A stretch of DNA of 62,630 nucleotides, the filler included, from a bacterium (GTDB taxonomy: Bacteria; UBP18; UBA7526), in assembly GCA_030615855.1 (NCBI GenBank). It is 3 parts of 3 records of this genome, joined end to end, with 100 filler letters (N's around TTAATTAATTAA, not from the genome) between each part and the next. Parts side by side here need not be neighbours in the genome. Positions count along the whole stretch, not along the records: positions 1 to 24,359 come from JAUWYL010000021.1; 2 more parts are not named here. One strand, given 5' to 3'. Both the position numbers and the translations under genes were made by a program. Positions 8,354-18,101 of the stretch are shown piece after piece. The notes beneath the pieces are model-generated. The model did no database searches. It saw nothing but the letters and a program-made list of their open reading frames with translations, and had not been told where the DNA came from. Each line of letters opens with the position of its first letter. The stretch's first letter is position 1.

Positions 8354-10624
8354 ATGGATATTCTGAAAGATTTGAATCAGAGGCAACGGGAGGCGGTGAA
8401 GTGGGTTCAGAGCCCGGTGCTTATTTTGTCCGGCCCGGGAAGCGGGAAGACCAGGGTCATCACTCATAGAATCGCCTATCTCATAAAAGAGTTGGGAGTG
8501 GAACCTTTCAATATCTTAGCAGTTACCTTTACCAATAAGGCAGCGGATGAGATGAAGGAGCGGGTAGCCAGGTTGCTCAAGGCAAAGAAGGTGAAAGTGA
8601 GAAAGTGGGAAAGTGGGAAAGTGGGTGAGATGCCCTGGATTGCGACCTTTCATTCTACTTGTGCTCGGATACTCCGTCATGACATCCATAGGATCGGCTT
8701 CGATAAGAACTTCGTCATCTACGATGACTTGGATCAGGTGAATCTAATTAAGGAGTGTCTAAAAGAATTAGAGATCGATCCCAAGGAGTATCGAGCTCCA
8801 GCCTTCGCTAGTGCCATCTGTAGAGCAAAGGAGAATCTGATAGATTACCAGTCCTATGATATTTATACCAGGGCACATTTAGAGGAAATAAAGGATGATC
8901 TTTTAAAGAGAAGAGTGGAAGACGATTCTTTTAGAATCTATGGCGTCTTTTGGCCTGAAGTAAAGAAAAGAGCAAAGCCTGACTTTTATAGGGCAATGGT
9001 TAATCAGGTCTATAAAAAATACCAAGAAAAACTCTATAAGAATAATGCTTTAGACTTCGATGATTTAATTATGAAGACCGTGGAACTCTTTAGGGAGAAG
9101 CCGAAGGTCTTGGAGAAGTATCAGGAGAGATTCATCCATATCCTGGTTGACGAGTATCAGGATACCAACCATGCCCAGTACGCCTTTACCAAACTCCTCG
9201 CTTCCAAGTATAAGAATATCTGCGTGGTGGGGGACGAGGATCAAGCAATTTATAAGTTCCGTGGAGCAGACATTAGAAACATCTTGGAATTCGAAAAGGA
9301 CTATAAGGATTGCGATTCTGAGGTATTCGTGCTGAATATGATGGAAGATTACCGCTCAACCCAGCCCATCATTGATCTTGCCAATAACTTGATTATCTAC
9401 AATGAGGAGAGAAGGAAGGATAAGAGGAAGATTATTCTTCCCAAAGGAAAAAAGAAGAAAGAGAAGGATTTAATTCCCATCTTGCAAGCACTACCCAATG
9501 AGTTGGAAGAAGCAGAATATGTGATGGATGAAGTGAGACGTCTTCATAAAAAGGAAAGGATTCCTTATCATGCTATGGCGGTATTCTACAGGGTAAATGC
9601 CCAATCCCGTGTCTTAGAGGACGCCTTCCGAAAGGTGAGGATTCCCTATGCTGTGGTGGGCGCTTTAGGCTTCTACGAGCATAAGGAGATAAAGGACATC
9701 TTAGCTTATTTGAGGGTCTTGATAAACCCCAAGGATTCTCTTTCCCTTAAGCGGATTATTAATGTTCCCCCTCGGGGAATAGGGAAGGTTACCGTCCAGA
9801 AAATGATGGATTTCGCGAACAAGAATAAGATTACTCTCTGGGAGGGAGTGAAGAAGATTGAGAACGTAAAGGGTCTTTCTCCAAGAGCGCAATGGCTGGT
9901 AAAAAATTTCAGGAACCTGATGTTTAAATATATGGAATTGGCAAAGAGCCTGGGGGTGGGAGAACTGATCAAGAAGTTAATTAAGGAGATAGGATATATT
10001 AAGCAATTGGAGAAGGAGGATACCTTTACCTCTGAGATGAGGATTGAGAACCTGAAGGAGTTAATGGATGCTGCCTATCAGTTTGAGGAGAGAAGTGAAG
10101 ATAAGAGCACCCAGGCATTCTTGGAGAACGTCTCTCTAATCAGCGAGATAGACACCTGGGACGATAAAGCCAAGGCGGTTACCCTGATGACCCTGCATAA
10201 TGCTAAAGGGTTGGAGTTCGATACGGTATTCATCACCGGAATGGAGGAGGGCTTTCTCCCCCATTCCAATGCCTTCAGCGAAGAAACAGAACTTGAAGAG
10301 GAGAGAAGATTGTGCTATGTTGGTATTACCAGAGCAAAGAGGCACCTTTATCTAACCTATACGGATAGAAGAAGACTCTATGGTAATACTTACTGGGGAC
10401 TGGCCTCAAGATTCATCGCTGAAGCAAGTATAGAAGGAGAGGCGGCTTTCATACCCAGGGGAGAGAGATTTAAAGTAGGAGTGACCATCATTCACCCTGA
10501 GTTCGGAAAGGGAAAGATAATAAAGGCAACTGGCTTCGGTAAGGATAGAAAGATAGAGGTTGTCTTCGCTGGTGGAAAGAGAGAAAAGTTAGCAGTAAAG
10601 TATGCTAACTTGCAGAGAATATAG
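8354..10624 (+). CDS. pcrA: ATP-dependent DNA helicase UvrD/PcrA
   Basis: GPGSGKT, VTFTNKAA, VDEYQDTN, TLHNAKGLEF, EERRLCYVGITRA, C-terminal Tudor-like HPEFGKG; TTG 8336 is an alternative start. Confidence 0.93.
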   Translation: MDILKDLNQRQREAVKWVQSPVLILSGPGSGKTRVITHRIAYLIKELGVEPFNILAVTFTNKAADEMKERVARLLKAKKVKVRKWESGKVGEMPWIATFHSTCARILRHDIHRIGFDKNFVIYDDLDQVNLIKECLKELEIDPKEYRAPAFASAICRAKENLIDYQSYDIYTRAHLEEIKDDLLKRRVEDDSFRIYGVFWPEVKKRAKPDFYRAMVNQVYKKYQEKLYKNNALDFDDLIMKTVELFREKPKVLEKYQERFIHILVDEYQDTNHAQYAFTKLLASKYKNICVVGDEDQAIYKFRGADIRNILEFEKDYKDCDSEVFVLNMMEDYRSTQPIIDLANNLIIYNEERRKDKRKIILPKGKKKKEKDLIPILQALPNELEEAEYVMDEVRRLHKKERIPYHAMAVFYRVNAQSRVLEDAFRKVRIPYAVVGALGFYEHKEIKDILAYLRVLINPKDSLSLKRIINVPPRGIGKVTVQKMMDFANKNKITLWEGVKKIENVKGLSPRAQWLVKNFRNLMFKYMELAKSLGVGELIKKLIKEIGYIKQLEKEDTFTSEMRIENLKELMDAAYQFEERSEDKSTQAFLENVSLISEIDTWDDKAKAVTLMTLHNAKGLEFDTVFITGMEEGFLPHSNAFSEETELEEERRLCYVGITRAKRHLYLTYTDRRRLYGNTYWGLASRFIAEASIEGEAAFIPRGERFKVGVTIIHPEFGKGKIIKATGFGKDRKIEVVFAGGKREKLAVKYANLQRI
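8591..8630 (+). repeat. GAAAGTGG 8-nt repeat arm in frame inside pcrA
   Basis: 8597-8625 is the exact 29-nt reverse complement of 24134-24162; relatives at 12470-12508 and 20045-20072. Confidence 0.85.
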
Positions 10625-10671
10625 TAAACATAGTTTACCGTTAACCGTTTACCGTAAACGAGGTGCTCATT

Positions 10672-10959
10672 GTGAAAATCAGTAAAAAAGATGTTGAGTA
10701 TGTAGCAAAATTAGCAAAATTAAAACTATCTGAAAAAGAGAAGGAGAAGTTTACTAAACAACTTGATCAGATATTAAAATATGTTGATAAGTTAAATGAA
10801 TTGGATACGGAAAAGGTGAAGCCTACCTCTCATGTTCTTCCTTTGAAGAATGTATTTAGGGAGGATAAGGTAGGGAAGTCCCTTGAAGTTGAGAAAGTTT
10901 TGGAGAACGCTCCAGAGAAGGCAAGAGGTTTCTTTAAAGTTCCCAAGATCATCGATTAA
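10672..10959 (+). CDS. gatC: Asp/Glu-tRNA amidotransferase subunit C
   Basis: VEYVAKLAKL, LNELDT, NVFRED, NAP...FFKVPKII; upstream of gatA. Confidence 0.93.
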   Translation: MKISKKDVEYVAKLAKLKLSEKEKEKFTKQLDQILKYVDKLNELDTEKVKPTSHVLPLKNVFREDKVGKSLEVEKVLENAPEKARGFFKVPKIID

Positions 10960-11003
10960 ACGCAGATGACCGCAGATAAAAATCAGCGTTAAGGAAGAAA
11001 AAG

Positions 11004-12464
11004 ATGAAGCTGAATGAGTTGACGGCCCATGAGATAAGGGAATTGATTAGAAAAGGTGAGGTCTCTTCTGAGGAAGTAACAAAGAGCGTCTTTGAGAGGA
11101 TAGAGAAGGTAGAGAAGAAAATTAATTCTTTTGTTACCTTGACGAAGGAAGAGGCTTTAAGAGAGGCGAGATCAGTTGATGAGAAGATAAGGAAGAAAAA
11201 GAAGATTTCTCCATTGGCTGGAGTACCCATAGCCATTAAGGATAATATGTGTATCGATGGAGTCTTGACCACCTGCTCTTCAAAGATATTGGAGAATTTC
11301 AGATCTCCTTATGATGCCACAGTGATTAAAAGATTAAAAGCGAACGATTTAGTATTCATTGGGAAGACGAATATGGATGAGTTTGCCATGGGCTCCTCCA
11401 CAGAGAATTCTGCTTTTGAGATTACTCATAACCCCTGGGACCTGGAGGCCATTCCTGGTGGCTCGAGCGGTGGTTCGGCAGCAACGATAGCCAGTGACGA
11501 AGCCATCCTTGCTTTGGGGAGCGATACTGGGGGTTCCATAAGGCAGCCGGCCTCTCTCTGCGGGGTAGTAGGTTTAAAACCAACCTATGGAAGGGTATCG
11601 AGATATGGCCTGATTGCCTTTGCCTCTTCTTTAGATCAGATCGGTCCCATAACCAAGGATGTCAGAGACTCTGCATTGCTGATGAATGTGATAAGCGGTT
11701 ATGATGAGAGGGATTCTACCTCTTGTAATTATCCTGTTCCAGATTATACGGAGTCCTTAATAAGTGATGTCAAAGGAGTAAAGATTGGCGTTCCCAAAGA
11801 ATATTTTGTCAAGGGGATGGATGAAGAAGTAGAGAAATCTGTAAAGGATGCCATAGGGTTATTGGAGAAATTGGGTGCGAAGGTAGAAGAAGTATTTTTA
11901 CCTCATACAGAATATGCCTTGGCGACCTATTGTTTGATAGTCAGTACAGAGGCTTCTACTGATCTTGCTTACTATGATGGAGTGGGATATGGCTATCGTG
12001 CCCAATCCCGGAATTTAGACGAAATGTACCAGAATACTAGAGAAAAAGGGTTTGGGGATGAAGTGAAGAGGAGAATAATGTTGGGAACCTATGTCTTTAG
12101 TCATTATGATTATTATCTTAAGGCCCAGAAGGTGAGGACATTAGTCAAGGAGGACTTTGACAAGGTCTTTGAGAAATGCGATTGCCTCATTACTCCTACC
12201 AGTCCCACTCCAGCCTTTAAGATTGGGGAGAAGATGGACGATCCTTTAAGGATGTATTTCCCTGATATCTTCACCGTCCCTGCTAATTTAGCTGGAATTC
12301 CGGGGATCTCTATCCCTTGTGGTTTCACTAAGAAAGGTCTTCCCGTAGGATTACAGATATTGGCCAAGCCCTTTGCAGAAGAGACCATTCTTAGAGTTGC
12401 CTATAGCTACGAGCAGAATACGGGTTGGCACCGTCGCAGACCAGCTATCTGTGATAGTCAATAG
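11004..12464 (+). CDS. gatA: Asp/Glu-tRNA amidotransferase subunit A (divergent)
   Basis: Amidase signature [34 protein letters not shown]. Confidence 0.9.
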   Translation: MKLNELTAHEIRELIRKGEVSSEEVTKSVFERIEKVEKKINSFVTLTKEEALREARSVDEKIRKKKKISPLAGVPIAIKDNMCIDGVLTTCSSKILENFRSPYDATVIKRLKANDLVFIGKTNMDEFAMGSSTENSAFEITHNPWDLEAIPGGSSGGSAATIASDEAILALGSDTGGSIRQPASLCGVVGLKPTYGRVSRYGLIAFASSLDQIGPITKDVRDSALLMNVISGYDERDSTSCNYPVPDYTESLISDVKGVKIGVPKEYFVKGMDEEVEKSVKDAIGLLEKLGAKVEEVFLPHTEYALATYCLIVSTEASTDLAYYDGVGYGYRAQSRNLDEMYQNTREKGFGDEVKRRIMLGTYVFSHYDYYLKAQKVRTLVKEDFDKVFEKCDCLITPTSPTPAFKIGEKMDDPLRMYFPDIFTVPANLAGIPGISIPCGFTKKGLPVGLQILAKPFAEETILRVAYSYEQNTGWHRRRPAICDSQ

Positions 12465-12508
12465 TCACTGAGCAGGTGGGAAAGCGAGAAAGTGAGAGAG
12501 GGAGAAAG

Positions 12509-13921
12509 ATGGAATACGAAGCAATAATCGGTCTGGAGATACATGTCCAGTCAAAGACAGAGTCTAAGATGTTCTGTTCTTGCAGTACGGAGTTCGGAGC
12601 TCCGCCCAATTCTCAAGTCTGTCCAGTATGTCTTGGATTACCGGGCGCCCTTCCCGTATTGAATGAGAAAGTGGTTGAGCAGGCGGTTAAAGCGGCCCTG
12701 GTGTTGAACTGTGATGTCTTAAAGGTTTCCTCATTTGATAAGAAGATCTACTTCTATCCTGATCTACCAAAGGGCTACCAGATATCCCAATATTATCAGC
12801 CACTTGCTAAGTCAGGTTACGTTGACATCAAAGTAAAAAATAAGCGAAGAAGGGTAAGAATAAGGCATCTTCATATGGAAGAGGATGTGGGCAAACTCAT
12901 CCATCAGAAAGGAATGAGTCTTGTTGATTTCAACCGGGCTAGCTTACCTCTGATTGAGATCGTTGCCGAGCCAGATATCCGTAGTTCTGAGGAAGCGGGT
13001 GAATTCTTGATGTGCCTGAGGAGTAACCTACGCTATGCCGGGGTTTCGGAGTGCAATATGGAGGAAGGGTCCCTACGCTGTGATGCCAATGTTTCCCTCA
13101 GGCCTTTGGGAACCCGTAAGTTATATACTAAAACTGAAGTTAAAAACATGAACTCCTTTAAGCATGTAATGAAAGCCATTGAATACGAAATAAAGCGCCA
13201 AAAAAGATCAGTGAAAAAGGGTGAAGCAGCAGTACTTCATACCCGTTGTTGGGATCCGGAGCGGGGAGTAACTGTTCCTATGCGTGGTAAGGCGCCGGCA
13301 CCTTGTATTTCCCATTCCGATCTGGGTCCGGTCATTTTAGATGAAGAGTTCATCGCCTCCCTGCGCAGTCAACTCCCCGAACTTCCCCTTGATCGTTCAG
13401 AAAGATTTATCCAACAGTATGGTATTCCAGCCTCTGATGCCAGCATCTTGACCTCTTCCAAGGAGTTAGCGGATTACTATGAGGAATGCGTCAAACTATA
13501 CAAGAAGCCGAAAGTGATTGCTAATTGGATAATGAGTGATTTATTGAGGGAACTGAAGGAGAAGGATATTGGAATAAGAGAGTGTAAGGTCAGTCCAGAG
13601 CATCTGGCGGAGATGATCACCTTGATAGATAAAGGAAGCATCTCGGGGAAGATGGCCAAGGATGTCTTCGTTGAGATGTTTGAGACGGGAGAGAAGGCCT
13701 CTCAGATTGTGAAAGAGAAAGGCCTTGCCCAGATAAGCGACAAAGAGGCGCTTGTCAAAATAGTCGACAAGACATTACAAGAGAATCCCAAGGTAGTTGA
13801 AGATTATAAGAAGGGAAAGGAGAAAGCCTTAGGATACTTAGTTGGTCAGGTGATGAAGGAGACCAAAGGGAGAGCCAATCCTAAATTAGTCAATAAACTT
13901 CTTGAGAAAAAATTAAAGTAG
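12509..13921 (+). CDS. gatB: Asp/Glu-tRNA amidotransferase subunit B (divergent)
   Basis: IGLEIHVQ, CPVCLGLPG, YFYPDLPKGYQISQ, LRCDANVS, EVKNMNS, YqeY-like tail; lacks DYRYFPEPDL. Confidence 0.88.
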   Translation: MEYEAIIGLEIHVQSKTESKMFCSCSTEFGAPPNSQVCPVCLGLPGALPVLNEKVVEQAVKAALVLNCDVLKVSSFDKKIYFYPDLPKGYQISQYYQPLAKSGYVDIKVKNKRRRVRIRHLHMEEDVGKLIHQKGMSLVDFNRASLPLIEIVAEPDIRSSEEAGEFLMCLRSNLRYAGVSECNMEEGSLRCDANVSLRPLGTRKLYTKTEVKNMNSFKHVMKAIEYEIKRQKRSVKKGEAAVLHTRCWDPERGVTVPMRGKAPAPCISHSDLGPVILDEEFIASLRSQLPELPLDRSERFIQQYGIPASDASILTSSKELADYYEECVKLYKKPKVIANWIMSDLLRELKEKDIGIRECKVSPEHLAEMITLIDKGSISGKMAKDVFVEMFETGEKASQIVKEKGLAQISDKEALVKIVDKTLQENPKVVEDYKKGKEKALGYLVGQVMKETKGRANPKLVNKLLEKKLK

Positions 13922-13981
13922 AAAAAACCCTATCCCACCTCGTAGGTGGGTAAGGTTGGTGGAACTTTTATTTTGTATGGA

Positions 13982-14020
13982 TTGTTGCAAATCTTGTCCG
14001 ATCGGACACAAGTTGCAACA
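13982..14020. repeat. 39-bp palindromic element, copy 1
   Basis: TTGTTGCAAATCTTGTCCGATCGGACACAAGTTGCAACA; 38/39 identical to 18587-18625. Confidence 0.9.
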
Positions 14021-14040
14021 ATTGGGATTTATGTTATAAT
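14013..14040 (+). promoter_or_regulatory. sigma70-type promoter overlapping the palindrome
   Basis: TTGCAA-16 nt-TATAAT with extended -10 TG. Confidence 0.55.
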
Positions 14041-14129
14041 CTTTGGTAGTATGGCGAAAGATAAAGTTAAGAACTATACGTCCATAATTTTAAGGCAGAA
14101 ACTCGGTAAGATCTTTGAGGGTTTTGGCG

Positions 14130-14237
14130 ATGAAACCAGAACCGTCCCCAATACACATCGCGGAACAAAAGTTTTCGTTTGTTTTAAAAGTCCTTCAGGG
14201 CAACAAAACGGTCTCCAAAATATGCAGGGAGGAAGGT
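14130..14237 (+). pseudogene. transposase-like N-terminal HTH remnant
   Basis: AEQKFSFVLKVLQGNKTVSKICREEG resembles IS3-type OrfA/HTH_Tnp_1 starts; no catalytic domain follows. Confidence 0.5.
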
Positions 14238-14258
14238 GATTTAATGGAGGTACGACTA

Positions 14259-15326
14259 ATGAATAGAATAGGAAAATTTATTTTGTTATTTCTACCTTTA
14301 ATGCTTGTTGGATGTGCAGGTGGAATGAGAACTTCGTTTACTACCTTTGAAAAAGATAGAGTTGAAATAACAAAAAGTTCACCAGTTGAAGAAGCAATTC
14401 ATGACCTGTCTAAACAATTGAAACAAAAGGGAATAGAAAAATTGAAAATATGCATGGGGCAATATACTTATCAGGATAGTAATATGAGCGCTGCCTTTAG
14501 TACGTTTATTTCATCAGAATTAAGCAAAGTCGTGATAAGCTGTCCTGCTTTTGAGGAAATTTCACGCAAAGAGTTAAACCAGATACTGGAAGAGCAAAAA
14601 TTATCTTTGACTGGGCTGATTGACCCAACTGAAGTTACTGAAGTAGGGAAAATTAAGGGTGTTGATGCAATTTTAACTGGCAACTATTGGGAACAAGATA
14701 CAGATGTAAGAGTAAATCTTTTCTTAATTAAAGTAGTAACAGCAGAGAAAATTGCTGGTACTTCTTTTGTCCTTGCAGAAAATACTCTACCTCAGGGATT
14801 GGGGCTGAAACCTAAAAATTACGATGATTGCCTATCAAATATTCAAACCTGGAATGAAGAAAAAGGTTCTGCCAAGGACCTTAAAATTAAAGTGTGGGTA
14901 GATAAAGGGAAGAGTGGTATTTACAAAGAAGAAGAAAATATAAAGGTAATTTTCAAAGCAAATCGGAACTGTTATGTTCGTTTATATCATGTTAATGCTG
15001 AAATGGAAATCCAGATGCTTTTCCCCAATCTTTATGACAAAAATGACTATATTAAAGCGAATCAAGTTTACTCAATTCCTGACGAAGCAAGTGCTTTTGA
15101 ATTTAAAATATCTCCACCTTTTGGTGCCGAGATTATAAAAGCAGTAGCAAGTTTACAGCCCTTTCCCACTGAAGAAATTCCTTCTGATAATAAAATGGTT
15201 TTCCGTTCTTTAGGCCGGGCTACACAAAACAATATTCGGGGAATAATGACGAGAAGCATATCAATCATTCCAGTTAATGCTCGTACCGAAGATATGTGTA
15301 TATTTACAACAATAGAAAATAAATAA
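14259..15326 (+). CDS. lipoprotein with CsgG/FlgO-like domain and DUF4384-like C-terminal domain
   Basis: GGAGG RBS, lipobox LVGC; SRKELNQILEEQKLSLTGL...GVDAILTG; ANRNCYVRLY...LFPN...PPFGAEIIKAVAS. Confidence 0.75.
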   Translation: MNRIGKFILLFLPLMLVGCAGGMRTSFTTFEKDRVEITKSSPVEEAIHDLSKQLKQKGIEKLKICMGQYTYQDSNMSAAFSTFISSELSKVVISCPAFEEISRKELNQILEEQKLSLTGLIDPTEVTEVGKIKGVDAILTGNYWEQDTDVRVNLFLIKVVTAEKIAGTSFVLAENTLPQGLGLKPKNYDDCLSNIQTWNEEKGSAKDLKIKVWVDKGKSGIYKEEENIKVIFKANRNCYVRLYHVNAEMEIQMLFPNLYDKNDYIKANQVYSIPDEASAFEFKISPPFGAEIIKAVASLQPFPTEEIPSDNKMVFRSLGRATQNNIRGIMTRSISIIPVNARTEDMCIFTTIENK

Positions 15327-15518
15327 TAAAAGAAGATAAAAACATGTCAAACGCATTTCACTCCCCTATTACGGCCCCGGACGCAGCTTCAAAACCATGG
15401 AAAAGTATATCCATCTGCACTCAAACTCCGTCATGCTCGTAAAGGCGAGAAGAAATAAAGAAAGACTTTGATAGCTTAAAGGGGAAGGCTTTTGATGAAA
15501 TTTAACAGCAGGTAAAAT

Positions 15519-15722
15519 GTGTTTAAATTTAAGAGTTTATTCCGCTTTTTAGCGGTCGGGTTTGGAATTATTGCCATACTGTCAATCAGCCCTGTTTGTG
15601 TCTCTGCCTCTGAAAAGTCCGAGGTTTTTGTGCCGCGGGGGTATATTATTCATGAGGTGATTAAATTGCGAAGGACAAAATCCCAAAGCAATCGCAATTC
15701 TTTAAAACCAAAAACGAAGTGA
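15519..15722 (+). pseudogene. short signal-peptide ORF, probably a truncated exported protein
   Basis: Hydrophobic signal-like N-terminus, 67 aa, no recognisable domain. Confidence 0.3.
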
Positions 15723-15725
15723 ATC

Positions 15726-18011
15726 ATGAAAAATATCCTTAAGTTTTTGATAATTGCAGTCCTTCTGATATTCAGCAGCGGCTGTGCCGGTTTCTTCAAG
15801 GTCATTAAAGTCAGTTCCCTCATGCAGAAAAAACGCCATCACGAGGTAATCCAGATCCTCCAGCAGGATATTGACCGTAAGGAGGCGATCTCCTCGTTTC
15901 AGTTATATTTTCTAAGCGCCGCCTACTATGAGATCAAGGATTATGAAAAAATGCTCTTGACTGTAGATCTGATGGAAAAACAGATCGCCCGTGGCGACGC
16001 CCGCCATTATTTCGGCGCCGACCTTTCCGTGTTCCCCGGGATTCTCCGCGGCTACGCCTATCTTGACATGGGGGATTACGACAAGGCTATCAAGGCGGCG
16101 TCCGCGGCCAATTCCATCCTGAACCGGGCTGGCGGCAAATCCAATCTTTTGTATCGCGCACAACTTATTGATATCGTTGGTATTCTGGGTGTAGCCCATG
16201 CCCATCTGAACCACGATGCAGAGGCGGATCGCTGGATCGAAGTCCTGCGGACTATAGATATCAGCGAAACCAATCTGGGTCCCGAAAAATTCATCGCCAT
16301 CGCTAGGATTCACATGGCGAAAAAACAGTATCCCCAAGCCTTATCCGCCATACAGGAACCGGAGGCAAAAGTCCCCGGCTTTGGTACGGTTTTCTATGAC
16401 CAGACCTTTCAGGAACTTCCAAAATTCTTTATTTTGACGAAGTGTCTATATGAAACAGGAAAAATGCATGAGGCCAGAGAGAATTATGACCAGCTCCTGA
16501 AACATCCCCAAATCAAGCAGATAGGAGGACTTCACTGGCCAATCCTTTTAGATCGGGCCAGAATCGCCCGCATGGAAGGTAAGGAAGCAATAGCTGAACA
16601 GCTTCTCAGAGAGGCTGTCGATGTGATCGAGAAGCAACGATCCTCCATCAGGTCGGAGGCCGGGAGGATCGGTTATGTAGGCGATAAACAGGCCGTTTAT
16701 CAGGAATTGGTTGCTCTGCTGATTTCCGGAGGCCGTCCGGCGGAAGCCTTTGAATATGTGGAGCGCTCAAAATCCAGGGCGCTTGTGGATTTACTGGCTT
16801 CAAATAAAGAGTTTGGTGTTTCAAAAGATAAAGAACAGGTTGTCTCCATGCTAAAAGAGCTTGAAACAATTGAGTCAGAAGGCAAGGCCATTGATGTCAG
16901 CAGTCTCGCCCCGGAAAAGGTAAATCAAAGAAATATCAGAAGCATTCAGATTAAAGAGAGGATAAAGACCTTAGCGCCTGAACTGACATCTCTTATTACT
17001 GTCTCTATGCCCCCTCTGAACGAAATCCAGTCATACATCGCCGGTGATGAGGCACTCATTGAGTATTATTATCATGGAGAAGACCTTTATGTGTTTGTGT
17101 TGACTAAAAATACATTAAAGGCTGTAAAACTGGACGGTAAAGATATTTTGAAAGATATAGAGCAACTCAGAAAATTACTGCAAGACCCAAAATCAACTCA
17201 TTATCTTGAACCCTCGCAAAGACTATATCAGAGACTTATAAAGCCCGTTGAACATCTCATTAATACTCAAAGGCTTATCATTGTGCCTCATGGAATCCTT
17301 CACTATCTGCCCTTTAATGCCCTAAACAGCGGGAGCAGCTATCTTATAGACAAATATAGTGTCAGTTACCTGCCGAGCGCAAGCGTAATGAAATTTTTAA
17401 AACATAGGAAAACACAAAAGAAAGACATTGCATTGATTTTTGGAAATCCTGACTTAGGCGACCCCAGATATGACCTTAAACATGCGGAAGAGGAGGCAGT
17501 TGCAATATCAAAGGAATTCTTACAGGCAAAGGTGCTTTTAAGGAAAGATGCAACAGAGACAGACTTTAAGAAATCTGCAAATCAGTTCAACTACATCCAT
17601 TTTGCAACTCACGGCATGTTTGAATCCGACTCGCCTTTGAACTCAGGACTCTTTCTTTCAAAGGATGCTGAAAACGATGGATTAGTGAGCGTAAACGAAC
17701 TATATTCCCTTAGTCTGAACGCAGACCTTGTTACATTGAGCGCCTGTGAGACAGCATTGGGTAAAATCAATCCCGGAGATGATGTTGTGGGACTTCAAAG
17801 GGGATTCCTCTATGCAGGAAGCAGTTCAGTCATAGCCAGCCTATGGAAAGTGGATGACTTGGCAACCTCACAATTAATGACAGGATTTTATTCCAATCTG
17901 AAAAAGACAAATAAGCGTGATGCCCTGAGAGATGCGCAGTTGGCAGTCAAAAAGAATTTTGAACATCCCTATTTCTGGGCTGCCTTTCAGTTGACCGGGA
18001 TGGCTGAGTAG
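15726..18011 (+). CDS. lipoprotein TPR-CHAT (caspase-like) protease
   Basis: Lipobox SSGC; TPR-like helices; AFEYVERSKSR; catalytic His (HFATHG) and Cys (LSACET); SLWKVDD, HPYFWAAF. Confidence 0.9.
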   Translation: MKNILKFLIIAVLLIFSSGCAGFFKVIKVSSLMQKKRHHEVIQILQQDIDRKEAISSFQLYFLSAAYYEIKDYEKMLLTVDLMEKQIARGDARHYFGADLSVFPGILRGYAYLDMGDYDKAIKAASAANSILNRAGGKSNLLYRAQLIDIVGILGVAHAHLNHDAEADRWIEVLRTIDISETNLGPEKFIAIARIHMAKKQYPQALSAIQEPEAKVPGFGTVFYDQTFQELPKFFILTKCLYETGKMHEARENYDQLLKHPQIKQIGGLHWPILLDRARIARMEGKEAIAEQLLREAVDVIEKQRSSIRSEAGRIGYVGDKQAVYQELVALLISGGRPAEAFEYVERSKSRALVDLLASNKEFGVSKDKEQVVSMLKELETIESEGKAIDVSSLAPEKVNQRNIRSIQIKERIKTLAPELTSLITVSMPPLNEIQSYIAGDEALIEYYYHGEDLYVFVLTKNTLKAVKLDGKDILKDIEQLRKLLQDPKSTHYLEPSQRLYQRLIKPVEHLINTQRLIIVPHGILHYLPFNALNSGSSYLIDKYSVSYLPSASVMKFLKHRKTQKKDIALIFGNPDLGDPRYDLKHAEEEAVAISKEFLQAKVLLRKDATETDFKKSANQFNYIHFATHGMFESDSPLNSGLFLSKDAENDGLVSVNELYSLSLNADLVTLSACETALGKINPGDDVVGLQRGFLYAGSSSVIASLWKVDDLATSQLMTGFYSNLKKTNKRDALRDAQLAVKKNFEHPYFWAAFQLTGMAE

Positions 18012-18101
18012 ATGAAGTGAGCCCTGTACGCATTTTTTATAAGCTAGTTTGTTTGCAAATTTAAATGATTGAGAATCACATGTCTGTAGTGAGGAGGAGA
18101 A

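Noticed and set aside
15327-15518. Integron attC site between island genes
   Set aside because: No convincing RYYYAAC...GTTRRRY paired boxes and no integrase.
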